Positions 30,777 to 41,350 of a stretch of DNA of 64,000 nt are shown here, one piece after another; the first letter of the stretch is position 1; every line of letters begins with the position of its first letter. The notes under the pieces are model-generated. The model searched no databases. It was given only the letters and a program-made list of their open reading frames with translations, and was not told the DNA's origin. The position numbers were made by a program, and so were the translations under genes. The DNA is taken from NCBI GenBank assembly GCA_965225625.1, contig CBDDBH010000025.1:96152-160151 (forward strand). Reading direction: 5' to 3'. The stretch comes from Gammaproteobacteria bacterium. GTDB lineage: Bacteria; Pseudomonadota; Gammaproteobacteria; JADZEE01.

Positions 30777-32682
30777 TGTACACGCAGCGTGAGACCCCAC
30801 TCGCGCGGATCCGAGAATGCACCAACCACGGTATTGAATCCGAACAGACTCACGTCTTCAGCCATTGCGCGATAGCGTTCGTCGGTCACATTTCCACCGC
30901 CGCGATGTTACCGAGTATAGTCGCACCCGATTCGAGCGTATTACCCTGCAAATCGTTGTAATCGTAGAAGAAACCGGCAAGATTGGCGCGCAGCCGATTA
31001 TCAAACCACTCGGATTTTACGCCGCCCTCATAGGCCCAGATCGTTTCCGGATCAGCGGCGGGCGGGACTACCGGATCAAGCGCGCGGCCATTGAATACGC
31101 CACTGCGGAAGCCGCGCGATACAGATGCATATACCATCAAATCGTCGCGCCAGTGGTACTCGATGCCGAACTTGGGCGAAATGTCATCCCAGTTGTCTCG
31201 AATGGTATTAAAAGGCCGAACCAGCGCACCCGACATATAATTATCGTCGCTCTTTTTTTCATAGGTGTAACGAACACCGGCAGTCACCGCTAACTTCTCC
31301 GTCAACGAGTAGGTGCCTTGCCCGTATCCCGCATAGCTCTTGGTGTCTGTGCCGATAAAAATAAAGAGCGGCGGCGAGACCTCAACATACTCCTTAAAAC
31401 CACGGCCAACGCGACCTAAGCCGGTCGTAACGATAGCCTGAAAAAACGGAATATTCTCGATATCACGACCGCGTTCATGAAAATAGAAGAAACCGGCGAT
31501 CCAATCGAGCCGATCGTTGAACGCACGCCCGCTCAGTTGAATTTCCTGACTGGTTTGTTTGTGATCAATTTCGATTTCCTGCTCAATCTCCGGGTATGGC
31601 GTGCCATCCAGATCCCAGCCGGTGTGTGATTCGATGCGCCTATAGGACGTGATCGATTTTGCCGTGATATTGTCGGTAATATCCCAGCTCGCTGTAAGCG
31701 AGAAACCGTAAATGTTGTTTTTGTCGATATTAGCTTCGTTCGCAAATGACTCGTCCGGGCTCGTAGCGACAAAACTCTCTATGGGCGGCAATCCCTGCGG
31801 ATTGAGGAAAAAGATGTCATAAAGATCGCTCAACGCTGGCGCGCCGCCCGCCGGCGTCGGCACGAAACTTAAGATTTGCTCCGTGTTACCCTTTTGACGC
31901 GTACGTGTGTAATCCGCGATGAACCGAAAATTGAGGTCGTCGCGCGGTTCCCACTCCAGCTGTCCGCGAAACACATCCCGGTTTCTATCGCTCGATTCCT
32001 CGCCGCTTAGCACGCGCTCTCCCCAACCGTCCTGATTGAGCGTCGCCGCCGCAACTTTGAGGAAAAGTTGATCCTTTATGAGAGGAATGCTGACATTGCC
32101 TTTGACATCCATCCGATCGCGCTCGCCGACGGTGATTTCACCGTTTACCTCAAATTCGCGCGCCGGGCTTTTCGTGATCACCTGGATGGCGCCGGCCGTG
32201 GTATTGCGACCGAACAGCGTGCCTTGGGGACCTTTCAGAACCTCTATTCGTTCAACATCCACCAAGTCGAGAGCGGCGCCAGTCGAGCGTGCGATGTAGA
32301 CGCCGTCGAGATAAAACCCCACGGCCTGTTCGGCAGTCATAATGAAATCGAACAGCCCCAGACCACGGATGAAATATTGTCCGTGTGAACTACCTCCACC
32401 AAGCGAGGTGAACGAGGTTACATTGGGTACCACATTGGCCAGGTCGAAAGCATTGGTCAACCCACGATTCTGGAGTTCCATTGACGTCAATGCCGTCACT
32501 GCCACAGGTGTTTCCTGCAGGCTCTGCTCGCGCCTCTGTGCGGTGACAACTATCTCTTCGAGTGCGCCGGAAATCTCGCCACCGCTCGTTTGCGCTAGTG
32601 CGAATGTCGAACCCGCTGCCAAATATACACAACTGCTAACAGACGTCAGCAAAAGGGTAATCAGCCGTAGTTTGGTAGTCAT
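30777..32682 (-). pseudogene. TonB-dependent outer-membrane receptor; frameshift near the C-terminus (about 30890)
   Basis: It has a signal peptide, a plug EIVVTAQRREQSLQETPVAVT and a barrel. The last ~35 residues, NVTDERYRAMAEDVSLFGF...EWGLTLRVHY, lie in another frame after a 1-nt slip in atcgcggcggtggaaatg. Confidence 0.65.
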
Positions 32683-33108
32683 ATAACTGACCTGATGAGT
32701 TACCGGAGACGACAGCTCGTAGACGTCACTGAGTCTGTTTAACATTGTTAATCTCCCTCCATCTACTGCTCGTTGAGTACGTGCGCGCCAATCCTACGCG
32801 TTCCCCACGACTAAAGCAGCTTTTCCGATACGACGGGAGACCGGTGGGCTTTGTCAGGTTGTTGTGCGTATGACAGATCGTTTGGCGCAAGACGCGCCTT
32901 CGTTGTTCAGTAGGCGCGCGTCACCTGCGACCAAATTCGAAACGCCCTAGATCGTAGTTCACGCTAGTTCTGTGCTTTCAGGAGATGACGACCGAGGCGA
33001 ATTGTTCGCATATTAATCTTGGCAGTGCGGCACTGACGGGATCACCTCGCGTTTTGCTGCCGCGTAACCGCGGAGCTTATCCGTTGTTATCTCCATCGGC
33101 ACTTGCAA

Positions 33109-33429
33109 TTAAGAACGCATTGCCTTTCGAAAAAAGCGTTTAGCAGCGTTAGTATGCTTGCGTTTTTGTACGAGAATCTCAATAAGATTGCCGTCTTGGT
33201 CAACGGCTCGCCAAAGGTAGCGACGCTTTCCTTGTAGTGAGACGACGACTTCGTCGAGAAACCAACGGTCGCCGCGCGGGCCGTGACGTTTGTTAATTCG
33301 ACGAGCGTAATCGGGTCCAAACGTGAGACACGACTGCCGAATGGTTTCGTGCGAAACCGTAACACCGCGTTCCGCTAATAGGTCTTCGACATCGCGAAAG
33401 CTGAGCGTGAAACGATGGTAGAGCCACAA
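33109..33429 (-). pseudogene. IS6-family transposase fragment (N-terminal ~106 aa only)
   Basis: MWLYHRFTLSFRDVEDLLAERGVTVSHETI...LWRAVDQDG matches the IS26/IS6 transposase N-terminal half. The ORF stops prematurely. Confidence 0.75.
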
Positions 33430-33698
33430 CGCCCGTGCGATGATTTCAGGGAGGATCGGAATCCGCGATAATTAGGAGTCTCTGTCATGAGTTAACTGTC
33501 GGCGATCCGGCGGCAACCTGGCAGCCTAGGTTTACAGATGAATATTGAGGAACGACAACGGACAACGGAAATTGCACCGGTCGGTTACCGAGATTCGCAG
33601 ATCGCGCAACGGACGGTGCAGCGTATCGGTAAGGGTAATGGGTTGCTTGCGTTTCAGTGTTCCAGACTCTTGCACCACAGGCTTAAGTGATCCGGGCA

Positions 33699-35024
33699 TC
33701 ACGCGGCAATACTGGTTAGCCCTTTCCAAAGCGGAGCGATCACGACACTCAATTTTGCATGCGCCTGGCTGAGCGCGGCCTCCACCTGCTCCGGGCGTGG
33801 CGCCCGAGCAAAGATGAAACCGAGGTAGCTGGAGCCCTCGGGCAGCGGCACCAGTTGATAATGATCCCGCACCTGTATGGTCACTTCCTCGACATAAGGT
33901 ACCTCGCGGGCCGCACCCACCCCCTCGACCCGTCTGAGGATCCCGGCCTTCGGCGTCGGGATCATCAACACGCCGGCCGCCTCTTGCCAACCTGCAAACA
34001 CCAGCGGGGCGCCCACGGCGTTCGATAACACCAGCCCCTCGAGGCTGCCGGCGAGACCGTATTCGAACAGCCGACTGCACAGCCCACCGATGGTCCGCGA
34101 CGCGATCTCGAGCATCCATACCCCAGCCGCATTGATGCGGCACTCAGCATGTATCGGCCCGTGCCGGAGCCCATAAGCGCGGCAGGTCTCGGCCACCCGC
34201 TGTCGAACCTGGCGCTGCACGCCCGCGTCGAGCCGTGACGGGGTCACGAAGTAGGTCTCTTCAAAATAGGGGCCATTTAGGGGAGCGGGTTTATCAAAGA
34301 CCGCGAGCACGTCGAGTTCCCCGTCGGTCAGCATCGCCTCGACCGCAACCTCGACGCCCGGAATAAATTCTTCCACGAGGAGGTAGTGCCGCTCTTCCGG
34401 GTCGTGGGCTTCGGCAACGATACGGGCCACACGTGCGCAAGCCGCGCGCAGCTCGTCCTCGCTATCCGCCCGGATGACGCCGCGGCTTGCCGACATGGCC
34501 AGGGGCTTGACCACGCACGGGAATTCGATGCCGTCGAGCTGCCCCGCGAGCGGCTTCTCCAGACTAATGCGCGCATGCGAGGGGACCGGGATCCCGGCGG
34601 CACTAAGGTGTGCCCGCGCGAGGTCTTTGCGGCGTGCAATGCGCACGGCATCCGGTTCGTTATGTGGCAAGCCCAATCGGCGTGCGGCGAGTGACGCCAG
34701 CTCGGTCGTGATATCGTCGGTGCCGATAATTGCGGCAAACGATTGGCGACGCGCTTCCTCGACGATGACGTCAACGGCACCGCGGCTGTCGCTGAAGTCG
34801 AGGTGCAATCCTTGCGCGTACGCACTGACCAGCGAATGGTGGCCTTCGGACGCGATCAGGCACTCGATGCCGAGGTGCCGAGCCGCTTCAACGTAAGGGA
34901 CGGTCCGGTAGCTCCCGTGCGGAGCGATGATCAATACGCGTGCTTTGCCCTGTGCCGACGTACGCTGCAGGTCTTCACCGCCGGCAACACGGGTTCGGTT
35001 TCCAGCATCGATCGTTGGAGACAT
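33699..35024 (-). CDS. ATP-grasp domain protein (carboxylate-amine ligase-like)
   Basis: 441 aa with ATP-grasp-type motifs (VVKP..., EEFIPGVE.., ...E.N). Confidence 0.6.
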   Translation of the reverse strand: MSPTIDAGNRTRVAGGEDLQRTSAQGKARVLIIAPHGSYRTVPYVEAARHLGIECLIASEGHHSLVSAYAQGLHLDFSDSRGAVDVIVEEARRQSFAAIIGTDDITTELASLAARRLGLPHNEPDAVRIARRKDLARAHLSAAGIPVPSHARISLEKPLAGQLDGIEFPCVVKPLAMSASRGVIRADSEDELRAACARVARIVAEAHDPEERHYLLVEEFIPGVEVAVEAMLTDGELDVLAVFDKPAPLNGPYFEETYFVTPSRLDAGVQRQVRQRVAETCRAYGLRHGPIHAECRINAAGVWMLEIASRTIGGLCSRLFEYGLAGSLEGLVLSNAVGAPLVFAGWQEAAGVLMIPTPKAGILRRVEGVGAAREVPYVEEVTIQVRDHYQLVPLPEGSSYLGFIFARAPRPEQVEAALSQAHAKLSVVIAPLWKGLTSIAA

Positions 35025-35066
35025 CTAAGCCGTCAACCTTTGCCAGAAGTGGACAGGATGCGGCGT

Positions 35067-35465
35067 CTAGTAGCCGCTGCCGCCACAGCCGCCGCACATG
35101 CCGCTGCCGCCCACACTCTCAAACACATCGTTAAAGACAAAGACCTCATTAAGGCCCTGCTTGGCGTAATCGATTTGGCAGCCCCGCAGGAAGTTGAGGG
35201 CGACGGCATCCACCACCAGTTTGAAGCCCTCACCCTGGAGGACACTGTCGTACTCGGTACGCTCCTCAACATAGGTCATCCCATAGCTGAGGCCATCGCA
35301 TCCGCCACCCTCAACAAAGACACGCAGGGCGGTGAATTCCTTCTCGGCGTCCCGCATGATTTTCGCGAGCTGCGCCTCGCCCGCAGGTGTAATCGTCAAG
35401 TATTGCTCGGTGATGTCCTGCGGATATTCGGATCTCGACTCTTGCGACATTAGCTTGAACCCCAC
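35067..35465 (-). CDS. HesB/IscA/ErpA-family iron-sulfur cluster insertion protein
   Basis: FVEGGGCDGLSYGMTY plus a C-terminal Cys-Gly cluster GSGMCGGCGGSG. Confidence 0.75.
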   Translation of the reverse strand: MGFKLMSQESRSEYPQDITEQYLTITPAGEAQLAKIMRDAEKEFTALRVFVEGGGCDGLSYGMTYVEERTEYDSVLQGEGFKLVVDAVALNFLRGCQIDYAKQGLNEVFVFNDVFESVGGSGMCGGCGGSGY

Positions 35466-35570
35466 TCAATCAACGGTGATAATTCGACAGGATGATACCT
35501 GAGTCTTTATTATAGCTCCTTCGACTTCAACGGCGCATAGGCACCTCACCTACCTCGAAGCTCACTGGCC

Positions 35571-35855
35571 ATGGCACGTACCGTAGATTGCCCGATCCTG
35601 AAGCGCGCAGCCGAGGGACTGGAAGAACCGCCGTACCCCGGCACCTTGGGCAGGCGCATCTATGAGCATATTTCCAAGGAAGGATGGCGGCAGTGGCTGG
35701 AACGGCTCACCATGATCATGAATGAGAATGGGTTGAGCACGGCAGATCCGGACGCAATGCGCCTTATTGAAGAACATATGCGGGGTTTCTTGTTCGGAGA
35801 AGGCGACCTCGGCGGTCTACCGGCGGGGTTCGTCCCCCAGGGCCAGAAGAAGTAA
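35571..35855 (+). CDS. yggX: Fe(II)-trafficking / oxidative-damage protection protein YggX
   Basis: MARTVDCPILKRAAEGLEEPPYPGTLGRRIYEHISKEGWRQW...MIMNENGL aligns with E. coli YggX ([42 protein letters not shown]). Confidence 0.85.
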   Translation: MARTVDCPILKRAAEGLEEPPYPGTLGRRIYEHISKEGWRQWLERLTMIMNENGLSTADPDAMRLIEEHMRGFLFGEGDLGGLPAGFVPQGQKK

Positions 35856-35926
35856 CCAGCACTGCAGCACGATTTCCGCTGTTCCGCCGTCGACATCTCC
35901 ACTCTGGGGCGATAGCGCGTTCGCGA

Positions 35927-37315
35927 TTATAGTTCCGCGAACTGCTCGTCCGTCGGCTCGGCGCAGCAATACCACGGCTCACTCAGCTCCGCCGACGGCG
36001 CGCAGTCCGCCATCGACACGGGCGGCGCCGGCCGATCCAGGTATGCATGCGCAAGTGTCCAGACCTCCCTGAATAACTGTTCGCGCGGCTTGCCTGCGGC
36101 TTGCTGGACGATTCGCTGGATCTCGGCCTGCATTTCGTCCACCTTGGGGTCGGCACTCGACCACCGATATACGAGCGCCGCCTGGTCGAGCGGGCCGACG
36201 TGATCGCAGATCTCCTGCAATTCCAGCAGCCGCGAGCCGGGCGGGATCAAAAGGCGTATGGCAAGCTGCACGGGCGCGACGGCGCCCACCAGTTCGAGTT
36301 CGGTCAACGCCACCAGCAGATCTCGGTAGCCGGCCAGTGTCGTCCACGGCGTAAACGCGACAAACGTCGGCGACAGCTTCAGCCCCAGCTCATCGAAATT
36401 GCGGACCACGTGGTAGAAATCCTCGCGCGTGTGGCCTTTGTCCAGGAGGGTAAGGATCCGATCATCAACCGACTCGACGGCGGTGGTGACGAAAAGACAC
36501 CCTGTGCGTTTTAATATCGGCAGCAGCCTGGCGTGCGCGAGTAGGTGCTCGACCTTGATGGTCACGTCATAGGTCAGCTCCGGAAATTGTTCGTGCAGCG
36601 CCTCGACGATCCGCACGCCATGGGTTGGCCCATTGAAGAAGTCGGGGTCACCGAAGGTAATATGGCGTGCGCCCGCTAGCACTTGTTGGCGCAGGTCAGC
36701 CAGCACGATCGCGCGCGGCACGGCACGAAACCGCCCGTTATACACTGGGACTACCGGACAGTGGCGGCAGCGGTGCTTGCAGCCCCGACTTGCCTCGACG
36801 TAGCCGGTAACGCGAGCCTCGCCGTCGGGCATTCGCAGAAACGCATAACGGTCGAGCGCTGGGAGGTCGCTGCGATCCGGTACCAGAAACCGCTGCCCGA
36901 CTACGGAGATCCGCGGTTCCGGTTGCTCGCCGGTCTCACAAGACACCCCGGATTCGAGCCGATCGGCGAGTGCCTTGAGTCCCGACTCGAATTCACCGCC
37001 CAGTACCGTTCCGACACCGAGTTCGCGAAGGTACGCTTCATTCATCGGCGCATAAAGACCATAGGCGGCGATATGCGTTCGGGGGTTGAGGAGCTTTACA
37101 CGGGGGATCAGCCGGGCGGCCAGCCGGGTCGCCGTATGCATCGGTACATAGAAAGCCGCTAAGTCGGCTTTGCCAACAACGTCTTCGTCCCAGCTCTCGA
37201 CAGCCAGATCCAAGGTCCGTACTGAATCGCCGCGCTCCCGCAACCAAGCCACAGGCTCCGCCAGACCAAAGGGTTGGTGGCCGAGTTCATAGGTGGAAAT
37301 GAGGACGACGTTCAT
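35927..37315 (-). CDS. B12-binding-type radical SAM protein with a C-terminal CCAEP tail (Cys form of the CUAEP/CCAEP-tail radical SAM family)
   Basis: It has CKHRCRHC (CxxxCxxC) and an N-terminal B12-binding-like domain. The extreme C-terminus reads ...SEPWYCCAEPTDEQFAEL. Confidence 0.65.
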   Translation of the reverse strand: MNVVLISTYELGHQPFGLAEPVAWLRERGDSVRTLDLAVESWDEDVVGKADLAAFYVPMHTATRLAARLIPRVKLLNPRTHIAAYGLYAPMNEAYLRELGVGTVLGGEFESGLKALADRLESGVSCETGEQPEPRISVVGQRFLVPDRSDLPALDRYAFLRMPDGEARVTGYVEASRGCKHRCRHCPVVPVYNGRFRAVPRAIVLADLRQQVLAGARHITFGDPDFFNGPTHGVRIVEALHEQFPELTYDVTIKVEHLLAHARLLPILKRTGCLFVTTAVESVDDRILTLLDKGHTREDFYHVVRNFDELGLKLSPTFVAFTPWTTLAGYRDLLVALTELELVGAVAPVQLAIRLLIPPGSRLLELQEICDHVGPLDQAALVYRWSSADPKVDEMQAEIQRIVQQAAGKPREQLFREVWTLAHAYLDRPAPPVSMADCAPSAELSEPWYCCAEPTDEQFAEL

Positions 37316-37685
37316 CCCAACTCAACCTGTCAAATATGGAGCGGCGAATTTTTTTCCGTGGCGGTGCGCACAGATGTCATCATTGGCAAAGCACTCGTCA
37401 CCAAGCTTAAGCACGGCTATGGTCTTGCCGCCCACCTCGACGCATTTGGCCCAACGTCGAAATCGGAAACTTTAGCTACAGAGACAAAATTTGACATGGT
37501 CACTCCAATGCCGAATGCCCACGGGCAACCGATCTCAAGATTTGCACCGATCACAAGCGCTCGGGCTTTGGTTACAAGCATAGATTCTGCAAATCCGAAT
37601 GACAACCGGCGTGATCTCTGACGCTGTCCAGAGGCCGGGATCGTTGAAGGGCGCAAAAACTCTATCTGTGTTGTGTTCATCCACC

Positions 37686-38140
37686 GAGTCGTGTGAAAAA
37701 CTGCTGCTAGAACAATAACAAGCAGGAGTAGACCGTGTTGCAATGGTTTGTCGCCGCGTGTTCAGCGTGTTTTCAATCGAGGACACAACTTATTGCCGAG
37801 AATCTGTGCCTTCGACAGCAGTTGGTTGTTCTCAAACGTCGCCAAAAGCGACCGTTGCTGAACGATTCGGATCGGCGCTTTTGGATCCTAGCGAGTCGAT
37901 GGTTGGTGCGTTGGCGCGCTACGTTAATCGTTGTGCAACCAGAGACAGTATTGAGTTGGCATCGCAAAGGTTGGAAAGCGTTTTGGCGCTGGCGTTCGAG
38001 GCGGGTTGGGGGAGGCTGTGTGTGGCGAATTGCTATTTTGCGCTAGCCAGCCTTTTCCATGGAAGGGTTTTGCAACCGGTTGCATCAAAAACGACTCCTC
38101 ACACTCCTCAAATCTAGAGTTCCCTGCTTTTCCCCTGTTA
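37686..38140 (+). mobile_element. Internally deleted derivative of an rve-type (IS481-like) IS: left end with ~100 codons of transposase fused to the right-end region
   Basis: The left end, cgagtcgtgtgaaaaactgctgc...ttgcaatggtttgtcgccgcgtgttcagcgtgtttt, is shared with 43815... The ORF MLQWFVAACSACF...LRQQLVVLKRRQ is homologous to the N-terminus of the 42650 transposase. The right-end block (38011..38140), with the palindrome ttgcaaccggttgca, also occurs at 45708... Confidence 0.55.
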
Positions 38141-38405
38141 ATTCCCCGTTATTTTTAGCACTGACTTCAGGGAACATCCCTAAGATTCAGGACTTTAGTG
38201 CGCTTGTAACTCGCAATTCGAGCGCAAAAACCTACAGAGAATCTTACATTCGTTTCCGACACCTGCGAAATTCTCCCAATCCCATTTTGGCAGTACGTTT
38301 TGGCCGATAGTTTCGTGTGTTACGCGGCAACGTGCGAACGCGCCGGAGCTATCTACGTTTCAACTTATTGCTGTGCAACACCTAGTAAAGTGACCGTACT
38401 GCAAT

Positions 38406-39440
38406 CTATTGAAATGGCAGGGCGGCGTGCAGCCCGCCATCGTTCCAAATGCCATTAAGCCCTCTATCAAGCCCGATTGGCGTGAAGTGCCGCTCCCACA
38501 CATCGGCGTAGTTACCCACGAGTTTGATGATGTTGTACGCCCAGTCATTGTTTAATCCCAATGCGGCGCCGAAGTCTCCGTGCACGCCCAGTAGACGCTG
38601 CACCTCGGCGCTTTTCGAGCTTGCGCGCATCTCGTGCACATTCGCCTGACTGATACCGAGTTCTTCGGCAGCAATTTGCACGTTGAAGGACCATAGGGCT
38701 ATATCGCGCCAGCGCGGATCGTCTTGTCGTATCATCGGGCCAAGCGGCTCCCTCGTTATCACCTCGGACAAGATCGCATGCAGGTCACGGTCCGGCCAGT
38801 TATGTATGCGACCGGCAATTGACATTTGACCCGTGCTGAACGCATCACAGCGATCTGCCCGATAGGCTTGCAGTCCTTTGTCTTCGTCGGCAAAAGTAAT
38901 GGCGACATAACGCAGGCCGTGGTAGTTAAAATAGTCGGCAATGTTGCGCTCATTGGTCGTACCCTGGCCCACGCATATCGTTGCGCCATCAAGATCTACC
39001 ACCGACTCGACGCCTGCGCTTTTCTTAACCACGAAACTCTGACCGACGTACAAATACACGCCGGCAAAATCCAACCCCAGCGTGGCGTCGCGCGAGAACG
39101 ACCACGTCGCGCTGCCGGGATAGATATCGATGCCGCCGGACTGTAGTAATGTGAACACTGTGTGCGGGGTGATCGGTATGTATTCGATGCGGATGTTGCC
39201 AAAGAGCGCCGCCGAAATCGTCTTGCAGTGGTCGATGTCAAAGCCGATACGCTCGCCGCGCCCATTAACCGTGCTGAATCCCGGGGCACCCTCCTGAACG
39301 CCGCAACGCAGATACCCACGGTCAAGAATGCCCTGCAGCGTGTCGGCTGCCTGGCAGGCGGCGGCTACCTGTACCCACACGATGACCACCGCCGGCAAGA
39401 GCCGCTGCGCGCGGTGGCTAAGTTTCAACAGTTGGACGGT
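38406..39440 (-). CDS. Amino-acid ABC transporter substrate-binding protein (family 3)
   Basis: It has a signal peptide and periplasmic-binding motifs typical of general L-amino-acid binding proteins (AapJ-like). Confidence 0.65.
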   Translation of the reverse strand, partial: TVQLLKLSHRAQRLLPAVVIVWVQVAAACQAADTLQGILDRGYLRCGVQEGAPGFSTVNGRGERIGFDIDHCKTISAALFGNIRIEYIPITPHTVFTLLQSGGIDIYPGSATWSFSRDATLGLDFAGVYLYVGQSFVVKKSAGVESVVDLDGATICVGQGTTNERNIADYFNYHGLRYVAITFADEDKGLQAYRADRCDAFSTGQMSIAGRIHNWPDRDLHAILSEVITREPLGPMIRQDDPRWRDIALWSFNVQIAAEELGISQANVHEMRASSKSAEVQRLLGVHGDFGAALGLNNDWAYNIIKLVGNYADVWERHFTPIGLDRGLNGIWNDGGLHAALPFQ

Positions 39441-40329
39441 CATTTCGCGGCCACAGCAACGGACAAATCGCCGGATCTGCATAATCCGGAACGCCGTTTT
39501 GCCGCCGGCAAATCACTTCCAGATCGTGCTGTTTAATGCTGCCGTCCGGCATGCGATAGACGTGCTTGCGCCACCGGTTGCTTGCCCCCTGAAGGTGCAC
39601 GGCCAGTGCAATTCTCGGTAAGACGCTGCGATTGGGGCCGCTGCCGTGGATCGTTTTACAGTGATGGAAGCTCACCTGACCCCGCTTCATTTCGATGGGA
39701 ACCGGGACGATGGCATGCTCATTCGCGTCGAAAAACTGTTCCAGTCCGTCGAGGCTCTGCGTGCGAAAGTTGAGGGTGTCGAAACCGATATCGTCGGTAT
39801 TATCCGACCAGCGGTGGCTTCCATCGATTACCGTCATGGTACCGTCTGTCGCGCTGCAATCGCGTAGCGGGATCCAGGCCGTGAGCATGTCTGCCGATGT
39901 ACAACACTGCCAATATTGCCGGTCGGTATGCCAGCCGACGTTACCCTGCACCTCAGGGCTGTCCGGCGGCTTGTAGAGCAGCTGATCTACCCACAGGCGC
40001 ACCGGCTCTCCCACAAGCGCCGCGGCGGTAGCACCGATCAGCGGGTAGCGGACGAGTGCCGCGAATTCGTCACGTTGAATTGAAGCGAAATCATTCTTAC
40101 GCAGTATGTCGGAGCCATCGCGGCGCTCCCAGCCGGGTGCAGCACCGTCGGGTGGTGCTCGATCGCGCTCGCCCGCATAGAATGACTCAATCGCGTTCAG
40201 CGCGGCATCGAGCACGTCGTCTGCGAGTATCTTGGGGGTAATGTAGTAGCCGTGCTGACGATAAAATCGGACGCCTTCCTCTCCAGGCAAAGTGGCTGCT
40301 TGTTCGGTGATCCGGTCGGTTTGTTTCAT
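39418..40329 (-). CDS. Phytanoyl-CoA dioxygenase (PhyH)-family Fe(II)/2-oxoglutarate oxygenase
   Basis: WHTDRQYW ... VSFHHCKTIHGSGPN carries the HxD...H facial-triad motifs of the PhyH family. Confidence 0.7.
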   Translation of the reverse strand: MKQTDRITEQAATLPGEEGVRFYRQHGYYITPKILADDVLDAALNAIESFYAGERDRAPPDGAAPGWERRDGSDILRKNDFASIQRDEFAALVRYPLIGATAAALVGEPVRLWVDQLLYKPPDSPEVQGNVGWHTDRQYWQCCTSADMLTAWIPLRDCSATDGTMTVIDGSHRWSDNTDDIGFDTLNFRTQSLDGLEQFFDANEHAIVPVPIEMKRGQVSFHHCKTIHGSGPNRSVLPRIALAVHLQGASNRWRKHVYRMPDGSIKQHDLEVICRRQNGVPDYADPAICPLLWPRNDRPTVET

Positions 40330-40441
40330 TTCTTCAGTACCTCGCTAAGGCGGCGTCAGTAATTGACTTTGCGCTGCGTCAATGGGCCAATAAGGCGCGG
40401 TGCAATCCCAAAGTCGTGAACACGTCATCCGATGGCGGCCG

Positions 40442-41338
40442 CTACTTCCGTGCCAGGGAGCGGCGCATATGATGATTCCAACCGCTGAGCACCAGCCGCT
40501 CATTGATGTGTTCAATGTCTTCGTTCTCGAGCACGTAATCGCCGCCACTGTGCATCTGCACGAGTACGGTCTTGCGGCATTGCTCCGATTTATTCGGCAG
40601 CGAACCATGCAGGGTGAAATAGCTGAAGAACAGTACATCACCGCGTTTAGCGTTGACGGGGGTTGCGCCCGACAGTGGATAGGGCCGGAGTGACTCCGCT
40701 GCATCCAGCCCCGAGGAGTTTTCCAGACGGCCCAGCTTGTGCGAACCCGGATAAACGCACAGCCCTCCGGAGCTTTGATCAGCATCTGTCAGGAAAATGA
40801 CGGCGGCGATCATGCTGTCGTTACGCGTCGGGAAATACCACCAATCCTGATGTATGGGGAACGGCGCACCCTCCCGCGGCGGTTTTTGAAATAATTTCGT
40901 GTGATGCAAAACGATGTCTGTCCCGAGTATTTGCTGCGTTACGTGTAGAAAGGTCTCGTGCTGAAGCGCCCGCAACCAACGAGATGAATATCGATGGACG
41001 CTGTGTGTATGGATGGCCGTCGATGTGCCACCATCGAGTGCGTCCATGTTTTCACCGGACCAACGGGCATTGATCTCCTCTGCGCTGCGCTCGAGTTGCG
41101 CAACGATGCGATCGAAATCTTCTTCCAGCTCACGCAGCACTGCATTCTCGTAGACAGCCCTTGCCAGATAAAAGCCCTGCTCGGCAAATACCTCGCCGAT
41201 AAATTGCGCTGGTTCCGCCACTCTGATCACACGAAGTCGTCCCAAGTATTTGCTGAAGTACGCCGCTATTGTGTCAGCGAGATGCAGTATTGACCATCTC
41301 TGGACCGGCCAAAACTTGACTAATTCGGCCAAACTCAT
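40442..41338 (-). CDS. PhyH-family dioxygenase paralog
   Basis: IHQDWWYFP ... VYPGSHKLG ... FFSYFTLHGSLPN. The likely start is MSLAELVKF. The track ORF extends further and would overlap the AraC gene. Confidence 0.6.
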   Translation of the reverse strand: MSLAELVKFWPVQRWSILHLADTIAAYFSKYLGRLRVIRVAEPAQFIGEVFAEQGFYLARAVYENAVLRELEEDFDRIVAQLERSAEEINARWSGENMDALDGGTSTAIHTHSVHRYSSRWLRALQHETFLHVTQQILGTDIVLHHTKLFQKPPREGAPFPIHQDWWYFPTRNDSMIAAVIFLTDADQSSGGLCVYPGSHKLGRLENSSGLDAAESLRPYPLSGATPVNAKRGDVLFFSYFTLHGSLPNKSEQCRKTVLVQMHSGGDYVLENEDIEHINERLVLSGWNHHMRRSLARK

Positions 41339-41350
41339 AAATTGGCGACT

